In this document: positions 1-11,510 of the stretch, piece by piece
Layout: each line of letters begins with the position of its first letter
Position numbering within the stretch: the first letter of the stretch is position 1
Position numbers and translations under genes: made by a program
Assembly (NCBI GenBank): GCA_040954595.2
Contig: CM082588.2
Coordinates: 856,613 to 920,612, forward strand
DNA from: Balanoglossus misakiensis
Taxonomy: Eukaryota > Animalia > Hemichordata
Reading direction: 5' to 3'
DNA: 64,000 bases
Notes under the pieces: generated by a model
What the model was told of the DNA's origin: nothing
Seen by the model: only the letters and a program-made list of their open reading frames with translations
Database searches by the model: none

Positions 1-3000
1 TTTGAAATAGGACGAATTCTGTCAAACCAAAGAAAGATTTGAACCTGTTTTTCTGTAAAGCAAAAGCAGTGGGTTGTAATCAGAGAAGAAGATTTGGTGA
101 AAATAATCGAAAGAAAGATATGTTTCTTACCAATTAAGTCTATTCCCACGACAGCACTTTTCAATATAGATTTGACTCCAACAGAAGATCGAGAGTTGTG
201 TATGTACTCGTCGACGTCCCGAAAGTGATGGGATCTTGTTGACGAGTGTCGCTTTTTTATAAAGTTTGACCGTGTTTGTCAATTACTTGTGAGATTCTCC
301 AGCGTCAAATGCCCCCTAGGATCTTCCGCGATTCTGTCAACTTTTAGCGCATCGTAAAGCTCGCTTTATGATCATGTAAGTATGTTAATTAAAAGCCAGT
401 TTACAACAGCAAAACACAACCGCAAAGTTCCGCACATGACAAACACATCAACGATCACAAACTTGGTTCAAGAAAGGGAGGCGTCGTTGTATATCTGCCA
501 GTGGGGCAAATTAACACAACAAAAGACGTGAAAACACCTACGAAAACGACAGAAAAACAAGTCTCCTTCAGTCGCATAAGATATACATGTTTTTTTCACA
601 TTAAACACTAACAATCGATTTTTCGTCGTTTCTCGGTGTATTTGAGATTGTTACACGTGCAATGGAACGCGCATTCGTGGTTATTAATGACATTCGGAAA
701 TCACGATGAGTAGGAATTGATTTTGTGATCATCGTTGTGGTCAGTGGAAGGAAGTAGTGACATTTTTCTCACCGCGACCTTTTATTCTGCAGTACTTGAC
801 CCACAGAAGAAGATTGAGGGAAAGACCGAAAGTTGCAGTTACTTCTTCTTTTGAACCAAATCACATCGATCAGTGTATTACATTGCAGAATTTGTATGTG
901 CCTTCTTTTGTTGTTCGATTTACTGAATCACGAAAACAAGATTTTCTGTGTCAACGGAAGCCGAACAAAATTTAACATATCTACTATTTTATTTTATAGC
1001 ACTGTTTTTCGTATTCTCTGTGGCGTCGCGGGAGAACCATGGTTCAAGGTCATTGCTGCCGTTACAATCACAATTTCGCATCAACATCTCATATTTTGTA
1101 CAATTCAGTGTCCTTGTAATGGTGACGTTAAATGACCTTTTAACTTTGTCCCAGTAAGATGTACAGAAACTATATATGACTACTATTACATCGTTCTCTG
1201 TTGATTATGATTGATTTGTCGTGTTTATTCCCTTTGATCATGTTTGTCATCGATACTTTTTCATGGTCAATCCAACATAGCACTCAAAACCCAACCAATA
1301 AACTCAAGGTCTTCCAAAAACCGCGGACATAATACCCTTGTAATTTCTGCATACTTTACGATAAGTTTGATTTTCTGATCTAAAAGACACTGCTCTCGTG
1401 ACGAACAACAGGTAGGCCAATTCTGTTGCCTATAGCAACCATTTGAACCAAACTCACAAAACAAGACATCTCCAATCGACACCCCCCCCCCCCCATGTGA
1501 ACATAAACGTTGACTGGTGTATTCCCTTGTGATTTTTTGAGGGTTTTCAACAGCATGTAAACAAAGATAACCCTGGTTGAGCTATAGTCATCGTCCATTA
1601 GGGTATCGACCTTGTGTAGTCTATGCCGAAAGTGACATCGCTCGAAGCTTGCGGCTGTTTACACTGGGCCTGGAACGTGAACGATCCCTTGACGGCGACT
1701 CCGTGGCCGAGCTGCCGACCCTTTTCACTTACTGAACACAACAGAGAAGCAGCCTGCGTCTTTCTTGTCGTTTGGGCTTTTATGTACGCCTGCGGTCTTC
1801 TTTGAACTTTTCTGTCCTTCGTACATTAGTGGTCCTTTAAACTTAGTAATGAAGACATAAACTTTCGCAAAGGTTTCTGTTAAAATTGTCTTAATCGGTT
1901 TGTTTTTGTATTACAGACCACAAATTGACTGGTATGGTTTTTGTTTTACCAACGCTGTGCCAGTGTCTTCATTTCGAATTGCATTCCTTCACTTTTTCTA
2001 CCAACACGAAGGTTAATGTCGGAATATTACTTTGCGACTATCTATGGAATGGGAACCATCCAACCTTTAAACTTGTTCATTAACTCGATTAAAAACAATG
2101 CCGTCACAAAGCTATGGCGAACTATGTCGAATCGACCCTTCAAGCCACTCAAAATATTTTCAGTAACCTAAGACGCGAGTGTGACGTCAGGACTCTGAAG
2201 TCTCGGCGAAAATGTTCATGCCTACAAATTTTAACATCAATAGTACGGTATGCCAATGGAGCAATACTTTCCAGCGATATAGCTATTTGTAGAGTTTTAA
2301 GAAGTACTTTATTAGTTTATGTATAACGGTACGGAAGTGTTTCATTCCAAGCCATTCATATTTCGATTGAATAGATTTTTTTCATACTTTGCACGCGCTA
2401 TCCCCATCCAAGGCTTCTTCCGACTCGGTTAATATTGATCTTCCATAATCAAATGTCCGTGGCGTCCTCTTTTAATTATAGATGCGTATTTCGGGTTATT
2501 TTGGCTTCATAGGCAAAGAATCCCACTATTATATCTTAGATTCGTATTTCTTATAAGCAATCAAGAATCGTCAGATACATCAAAGCAGGAATCAATCAAC
2601 GTACGCGTCCGACCAGAGACTGAACGTCTTCACAGAGAGACAGCCAGAATGTTTTCACACCTTTGGACGCTTGACGCCGTTCGTGGCAGTTTAACACTTT
2701 TACACCATGGTGAAGTTCGAGAGAAATTCTTCGCAGACAAAAGGAACGGTTCACAAGTCTTCCTAAACTGTCAGTGATACGGGCACGATTGACACTGATC
2801 TTGCTACTTGGAATAATGTTCTGATCATCAGCAAACAACATCAAAGAAAGTTCTCTCTCTCATCTCCATCATCGGCAAGATTTGAAGTAAACAATGTTAC
2901 CGGTAAATGTCAAAACTGTCGAAGAGATAAGTTAAATTTTATACGAGCCATCACTCAAATCATAATTCCATTTATGTGCGTGGTTTACGTGGTTCCACTC

Positions 3001-3199
3001 TTTTGCCGGAACCCTTCATTTACCGCGCGACAAAAAAATAAAGTCCTTGTCAAACTTCCGAACTTCATTAAATCTTGGCACCTGTTCTATGAAGTATTTT
3101 GGTGGATTTAGTAGGGTCATTCTTGGTATAAAAGATCTACTACACTCTCGTCGCGGTTTGTGGTGTATTTGGTCCAGGAAGTTATTAAATAGTAACGTC

Positions 3200-3800
3200 T
3201 TACCTCGTTTTATCTACGTGATTATCGTAATTTTTTTTCCTTCGGATTTTCTTCCGATAAACTTTAAGATTCGCTCTTGAGATGGAGAGCCGTCTCGACT
3301 GCTTCTTGGACAGTGAATGATGCTTGGTGCGGTCGGAAAAGTCGGCTCCGCGACAGACAAAATTATTCTGGTCGGTAAAACGGTGTGAATTAATACTTAA
3401 ATGACTTATGAGAGGAATGCATCGTGTGAGAATGGACCAATCGGAGCTTCTGAAAGAAATATTTTCATGCATGGCATGGTTTGTGTAGATTCTTGACAAT
3501 TGATCAAAAGCGGCCGCACAATTGCGGGAAAGACCGCTTCTTTTGGCCATGGGCCTAGGGGGCGGACTTTCTCCCTGTTCTTTGTCTTCTTATGTAAACT
3601 GCGGCTTGACACAGAGACATTGCTCACTTCATTTCATTAAAGACTCCTCGGGCTCTGCTCTGTTTAATTACATCGAATTAAATAGTTGTGTGATCTAGCG
3701 ATCTGCCGACACACTGTCCACAAAATGCCATTTCTCATTCGAAGGCTGTCCTCACCGTTGCCCATGGCAACGCCTCCAATGGCGTGGCGACGGATCACTC
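3200..3800 (-). promoter_or_regulatory. Possible promoter / non-coding first exon of a minus-strand gene whose CDS lies left of the window
   Basis: Locally CpG-rich; CCAAT (~3437), GC box GGGGCGGAC (~3559), X-box-like GTTGCCCATGGCAAC (~3757); minus-strand donor GAG|GTAAGA near 3204. No convincing CDS in 1-5400. Confidence 0.35.
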
Positions 3801-6563
3801 GCACGGTATTCTTGAGACAATTCTCCGGAAATGTCTTCCAGGTGGAATTAATCTTGTATCATGAATTTGATCGAAAGTTGTCAAACTGCAGATACGTGTC
3901 ACAAAAGTTTGCCTTCTTATTCAGAAAATATAGAGCCATGGAAAGGTCCAAAGAAAGTTATCAAAATGCGGAGGATGGTGTCACTGATGCTACTTTGTTA
4001 GATCGTCTATGTCCCTTATGCTTTCTATTGTATCTGTGATAGTTAAACATCCTTATATATGATCTGAGTGTGTATGGTATTGTAACTTTTACTCTGCCTA
4101 GGCTAGGTACGAGTGCACGAGTACACACATAAATGGTGCGTGCATACATCACACTGTGTGCGATTACAAGTGAGGGGGGGGGGATAAATATCCCAATGTT
4201 ATAGTATAATGATAAAAATGCTTTGAAGATTCATTGCATCAGCAAACCAAGTTCACTTTGTTGTTGATATTCTTTACTGTCACATGACTTTTAATTTCGA
4301 ATCCACGCAACGGACAGCGGGTATTGACCTCCATCTTCGGCTCGATACATGGAACACTTAACATCATTTCTGAACTCATTAAAAACTATCGTGTTGGGGA
4401 CAAAAAGACTATGTATAGTCTATGTGGTCGGGAACTTTAAGTAACGCGATATGTTTACTCATTGAACTTTTTAAGCCTGTAAGTACGCTGTTTGTTGACG
4501 TTGGTCAGAATGGAATGGAGCGTAAAGTCAATATGTATCTTCTTCGGGTGTGTACCTTATTCACTTTCTCTGTGTGTACCTTTTTATATGCAACGTGTCT
4601 CGCGTCCTCCACTTTAGATTGCATATGCGAGTGATAAGTCAAGTTACCGACTGATGACGGTAGAATCTTTGTCTGAATTCCGAAATAATAAAGTGTCGTG
4701 TTACCATTACTTTTTTTCTAATAGCTTTGGAACTTATTCTTCGAGGTAATTTATTGGTAAATTATTCAATCTGAATAGCAATGTGGAATTTTGTCGGTTT
4801 TATTAAAAGTAGACGGCGTCTATGTTCTGGAGGTGAAGTGGTCCGTTGGACCTGGGTTTGATTCTGACAAGATTTCGCACAGTGAACGCCCAAGAGTATT
4901 AAAGTTTGGCATGGTGATGGTGATCACGATTGGCCAAAGTTGTCGTTATCACGTGACCATGGGCATTGTTTCATCCAGAGTCACGGAAACCAGTAGGGAA
5001 TATTCAGTTGCTGTTTTGTTCTCATAGTTATTATAACTGCGGCGGTGCCCAAAGGTCTATTAATCTAGTCCCACTTTCCTGACAGGCGGTGAATCGTTAA
5101 CCTTTACCACAGTCCCCATTCTGGATCAGACACAGACCATATGTCCCATTTCAGTTTGCTTAGAAGCTTGGGTGGGATCTGGGACTTTCGTTTTCCATTA
5201 TGAAATTTTGATTATGTTCTTGGCTCACTTTCTTTTCGTCTGCCCATAATTAAAGTTGCCATCGCGATATTTCGTTTGTGTTTTCTGGTGTGGTACAGGT
5301 GAGGTTTTATTCTGGGAGCCCTGTAGACTGCACAGCAGTTCTTAAGAAACTTGCAGTGGCATACTTGACACCACAACATTCCAAGGTTATTGTCTAGTAC
5401 TTGTTAATTAATCCCCAGTGGCAATTAACAAGAATGGTGAGAAAGTGATACCCTATTATCACTGTTCACACTTCAGGGAAATTCTCACCTCAAGTTTTTG
5501 TCATTTAAAGTTAACAGAAATGATCTCTGCCCTGATGGTAAGGGCTGATAACCAACAACAAAGAAAATCTACACCAATGCCAGTATCATTATCCCAACTG
5601 ACTTTGCACATGGTATTCTCCAAGGCCCCCAGAGATGTCTCTAACTTAAATAAAAAAAGAAGAAAAACAATACACACAAAATTGATCTATTCAGAAAGTG
5701 ACTTTAAATTCCAACTAAAACACACCAAAGTATATCACACTAAAACATTTGACAATTCAGTAAAGTTTCTTCACATATCTGCAATGTTGGAAGACTATTT
5801 TCAAATGTCTCTAAATCATGCCAATCTTCCGACAAGTACTGTACCATCTTCTAGTGACAGCAGCTTCAAGAACACAAATGGTATGATTATAATGAATCAA
5901 AGCAAATGATAGATACATGTGACTCCCAAAGAAAATGAACATCCTATATATATTGGTTTGACCAATGTATTTATACATTGGACTTCTTGGGTATAGCATA
6001 GCACCTCAGAAAGGGAAGTATTGCTTCAATATCATTCATAATGCCACAAGAATTCACACTGTTAAAAAGATTAAAATGAATATGTGGTTGTTCCAGGCTT
6101 CTGTTCAGCTTGAGAATCTGATGGTGCTTTTCCTGGTCGGTCTTCCTCTGTGCCAATTCTGTCGGAAGAAATGATACAACAATCAGATGATAACAATCAA
6201 CTTAAGATCACCAGAAAGTTCTCAATAATTAATCAAACAAATCACTTCCACTGATCTATATAAACTCAAGCTGTCACAGACCTACTTTCACTGGTCTTTA
6301 GTGGGACAGAAAAGGTTTGTGAGTGTGATCATTTTCGCTAGTCTAGGTGGTAAAATGATTTAAGGAAGTGAGGTTTAAATAATTATTATAGAATAAACTT
6401 TTACCAGTGACAAATACTTAGTGGATAATAATGGTATGGGATGTCTCACAGTTTTAGTTGGTTACCATGGTGATCTTCTACTACAGGACAGCAACATGTG
6501 CTATGATTGGTTAGACTTGTCAAGATGAGCCGTGATTGGTTAGATTAATGAGAGTTGATTTAC

Positions 6564-9500
6564 CTACTTTGGTCCAGTGAAATGACTCTCCAATGACTGC
6601 CAGCATTTGTAATATTCAGGGTCAACTTTGCAGCACGTCTTGTCTCCCCATTCTGTCAGTGCAAAGCTCAGAGAACTTTCAAACATGAATGCCTACAAGA
6701 GAGAAATAAATACATATTAGACAATGATTTTAATTGTCGCTACCTTAAATAAGTTTTTGCTACCTAGGTGAGTGATGAAAATCTCATATAGTCGACGCAA
6801 TTTCAAGATGGCTGACATTTGCCATGTTTAAGAAATGAAAAGTTCATAGGCTAAAGTGATACAGGGTCATTATCAAACTGACACAGAAACAGAACACAAA
6901 TTCTTTGTCTTACCATAGTCCCGACTGCAATCTTCTGTGGTTTGGTGTTGAAGTCACTGTTTTCATCCGTGCATTTCAGAAAACAGTCATTGTCAGGTCC
7001 ATGTGGTGTCATCATACTATGCAAACTTCCACCTCCAGGCATAAACCCCTCCTCCTGGAAAATATCAACAATTCTGGGTCAGAGATAAAGATTCACTGCC
7101 AAATCAGTGCAAATGGATGACAACTCAACACCAATATAGACATAGCAGTCAAAGACAACATTCAATACATACTTTAGCTTCATAATGTCCTTTGATAAGA
7201 CCCATAAACTCACTCATACAATTCCCTGAAAACAAAACAAAAACATAAATTATAAGTTCCACCAAAAATATTTCTCAATGGACAGCTATGGCGGCCGTAC
7301 AATGATATGCATTATCAAGCCACAAGTCAGTGAGGTGTTATTGGTTTATTGGTGTATATCACTGTCTGTTCTAGAGAATCCAGCCATGTTTCGAGACCGT
7401 GTAATACAGGGACTTAGTCTGGTTCCCTGCCCCAATCCCACCGCTGGCTGCGCTACGCTAAAGGGAAAGGGGTCAGGTACGGCCCGATTTCACACCCAGA
7501 AACCTGGGTGTGAAACAAGATGGATGCCTCCAATGTCCGTATGCCAGTCAAGATTCATCCAGGCAGTTTATTTTGTTTCGTTTGTTGTAAAGTTGGAAAT
7601 CGAATGATAAACAGTCATGGAGGTGAAGGAGAGAACGGGAAATGAGTATCTTACAACAACTTATCAATTTAACAACTTAATTTTCGTATGTATTGACCAA
7701 TGAGAGCCATGTTTACAATAGGCCGTGCCTGACCCTTTCCCTTTAGCGTAGCGCAGCCAGCGGTGGGATTGGGGCAGGGAACCAGACTATACAGGGACTG
7801 TGGCAGGACATAAGAAGTTGTCTAAAACTCCACAATTACATGTTCAGCCTGTAATACTCACTGTGATAGTACGGTGGTCTGAATGTATGTTCCTGGACTG
7901 CCCATCTTGGCGGGAAAATGACAAAATCTGCGATGGCAACTCCAGGTTTCATGGACTGGCAAGTCAACACAGTGAAGATAGATGGATCCTGCCATAGCAA
8001 AGAGAAAGATCAGATCAGTTGATAGGACAGGGGATGCAAGACCTGTGATTCTGTCCATAGTGTTTTGGGATTTAACAGTTGAAATTTCTTGAGTGGAATG
8101 GAGTACAAATCACTCACATCAGGAAAGAAGTAATATGTACACTTACTGCATGGTCAAATGATGTCGCATTGATCACCATAAAGTTGTCAAGATGATACTT
8201 GTATGGTACATAATTACCATGCCAGGCAACCACATCAAATGGCGAATGGCCCTGAAAATAACATAGCACACGTACGTAAGATATGAAATAAATATGTCAG
8301 TTATATTTTCATGTGTACATGTACTTTGGAAATGACTCTGTCCAGTAGAAGTTGCTGAATTATATTCCAGAACAAAGATATTAACATTAATTATTTGCAT
8401 ACCTGTTTGGCTGTAAACAGTTTGCCCTGGTATTTGCTGATGATGGTGTATTCATCCACTGTTCGATCTTCATACCACGCCACTGGTGTCAGGAAATCCC
8501 TGGGATTGGCCAGACCATTGGCACCTGCAAAAGATATCAAGACACACAAAATTACTGTACTGTACTAGTATTGTATTGCATTGTAGTGTATGGCATTGTA
8601 TTGTATTGTTCTGTATTCAGTACTTCAAAGATGTAAAGTTACACTTACCAATAGGTCCAAGGTTGGGAAGTTGAAAATGCCCATCAAAGATCTCCAACAT
8701 ATAGCCTCTAGAGGGGCCACTCACGTCAACGTTGAATTTCATTCCTTGCTGTTGATATAAGAGAGTTTTTAATGATGTATAGATCGAACAAAAACACATA
8801 TGAAAGAGATATGGACAACCTTTTGGCAATAGTTTCATATAGGTGCTGGATACAGCTATATACAGGACAGGAGAAATGATTAGCGACCAGACCTGAATGA
8901 CACAGATTTCCATTGGTTCTACAGTCATCTTGCCATATTCCGTTGTGATCTTCAGAGTTCCTTGTTGTGGAACTGAAAAGAGATGGAATCATGTTTGATA
9001 TTAATCCCAAAATGTTGCTTATCTAGTTGAGATCACTATTCACTTAACAATTCTTGATCTTTCTCACCAATCAAGAAATCTCCATCTGAATTGTAGAAAC
9101 TTTTGTCCCCCATGGGAGCATTGCAGGCATAGATGTGGATAGCAGCGCCATGACGACCGCAGGGATCACCCGCCCCACACAGTGTATTCAATCCCTGCCA
9201 AGAAATGAAATGAAAATTGCATTAATTTTCTACACCATTGTATATGGAATTTAATTCTGCATATATATTAAATTGAATGCAGTCTTTATCAGAAGTGATT
9301 ATAAAATCCTTACCTCCACAAAGTCGACTTTTTTATCATCTTGTGGAATGGCAAACGGTTTCCATCGAAGCTAGATCGTGATGCAAATAATAAAGGTAGA
9401 GAAAAGATCAGTTTTTAACATTTTTCTTGACAAAGTTTATAATTCATGCAACTCTATGAAATAAAATCAAACTACCCGTAAGCATCATGAGATAAAGCCT

Positions 9501-10840
9501 ACATGCAGGTATGTTACCAGAAACTCAGGAGTGATAGGCTTAAAATCCAAGGGACTTTTCTAAACTCGCCTTCATACAACAGGTGGCCTTTATAGACATT
9601 TTCACAATCTCACCTGGTTTGGGTTTGGATGCCAGGTGCTCCAATCATCTCGCAAACCTCCATTATCGGCTTTACTGAATGGAGAATGTTTGACAGCTGG
9701 TCGAATACGATAGAACCATGTTCTTCTATTGGTTTCCCTCGGACATGTAAACGCACTCCCAGATAACTGTTCAGCATACAGTCCATACGGGCATTTTATT
9801 GGGTTGTTCTGAAAAAAATGTTGTAAAAAAAATATTTTTCATCAACTCATTTTGAGCAATGCCTGTTTAGAGTTTTTAAGCCAACAGCAACTTTCAGTAT
9901 TATTGCAAGAGTGTTTTGGTCAAAAATAATTATGTTACAGAAAAAATGGACAATAAAGTTAGAATTGCTGACCTGTCCCTTTGGTAGTGAATCAGGACAC
10001 CTTGGATCTTCAGTTGCAAATTCATTGTTGAAACCGCTCAGATATTTCAGCTGCAAAATAACACAAGAAAAAATACAATTTTCTGTTTATCTGATAACAT
10101 CAAACCTCTGAACTCAGACTTTTTCACACAACTGTTATTTGAACTTTGTACAAACTTTAAGTAAATTTATCTAAAACTGCTGTTTGCGACAATAAACCAA
10201 AGGTCATGAGATAAATACATGAGGGAGTCTGCTGGTGGTAACATCTGCCAACTTTCATACCATCAGTTGAGATTTCTTTCTCCAAAGACTTCATAGACAT
10301 TTCAGGAATATCCTGATATGATAGCACACCCCCACCCCCATACACACCTGGAGGGGGGTGTGATATGTTTGGTTAGGAATGACATAGCTGTAAATTTACA
10401 AATAAATGTATTTTGAAATGAACATGTATTTTTGACATATCTGTACTACTATCACTAAATCAAATCTCCCACTAAATGTGAGAGCATTCGGTCAAAAAGC
10501 TATCATGAAATCGGTGGCGGTCGGGCATGGGTGCCTACGTGTCCCGACCGATCGCCGATTGACAGCTTCAAAAGATTTACAATTGTAATAATACCCATAC
10601 ATGTATGTATACACGTGACGTGTGTTACCTCAACTCGGTGACCTAAATAACAATTGGCAAAATGTTGTACGTTGCGTCATTATCGATGCAGAATTGTTCT
10701 ACTGTCAATACAGAATCAATGAGTACTAAAGAAACATTCGACAGAAATCGGGTGACCATTTAACGTCGTCAGCCCAGAATAAACCTAATGACCTGAAAAT
10801 GGGACGATTGTAACATAACCCTCACCTCAACGTCCGCCAT
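6564..10840 (-). CDS. HGD: Homogentisate 1,2-dioxygenase, canonical copy (HGD-A), 13 coding exons, ~440 aa
   Basis: Spliced minus-strand translation MADVE|[26 protein letters not shown]|[24 protein letters not shown]...FDHA|DPSIFTVLT...[10 protein letters not shown]...TFRPPYYH|[18 protein letters not shown]|[21 protein letters not shown]...|AFMFESSL...SHFTGPK*. It follows human HGD throughout. Introns are GT-AG with consistent phases. ATG at 10838-10840, TAG at 6564-6566. Confidence 0.96.
7415..7789. mobile_element. Non-autonomous DNA transposon (MITE), 375 bp, in HGD-A intron 10
   Basis: About 68-bp terminal inverted repeats (TAGTCTGGTTCCCTGCCCCAATCCCACCGCTGG... / ...CCAGCGGTGGGATTGGGGCAGGGAACCAGACTA), flanked by a perfect 10-bp direct repeat TACAGGGACT (7405-7414, 7790-7799). 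Confidence 0.92.
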
Positions 10841-11510
10841 GTTGACACCGCGACTGCGTATGTTTTGAAAGCGACCCCATGTGTTGACCCTGAGAGGGTG
10901 TGTGGTGGGCGTGTCCCCTTTTCAGCCAATCAGCTTTGCTTTGCTCTTGTGCCCTTGTCCATTGTCGGCAACGTGACAGAATGGGCGTGCCCTCCCATTG
11001 GTGTCATATTAAAAGTGTTTTGTTTGTAATATGCACAGAAATTCGAAACAGTATTACGATATTGTGAATATAGTCATATACTACAGTTGCCCCTACAGGC
11101 CAAATATAATTTATTATTTTGAAAGTTAAACTCTGATTAAAAGCAGAAAGTTAATGTTTTGGATAACACTACATCGGCTCGTTATAGAATGGGATATCAA
11201 TTCTCAAAGTTAAAATCTTGTTTTGTCATTTGTTGACAGTTTTTCCAGTCTCTCCTTGGTACAGTGGCCATTAAGGGTCACCCACATTCCCAAAGTTACA
11301 GTGGGACTGAAAATTGGTCTGAAAAAGAAATGGAAAAATTGGCAACACTAAATGCAAAAAATAAAGTAATTTGTACTGAGCTCTCTCATATCAGTAGCTA
11401 TCGGTTTCGTTGGTGCTTGACCTTCTATCATCAGATATACCTGTATGTGCCATATGATTCATACCGGTAATTTGTTGTCAAGAGGGTCGTTATAACAAAA
11501 GTTGATTTAC

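Noticed and set aside
1-5400. Many 60-117 aa ORFs in the first 5 kb
   Set aside because: No recognisable motifs and no consistent spliced frame found; the region looks like UTR, intron or regulatory DNA of a gene outside the window.
5418-5909. 163-aa + strand ORF
   Set aside because: Non-ATG start, AT-rich composition, antisense to the probable HGD-A 3' UTR; likely chance.
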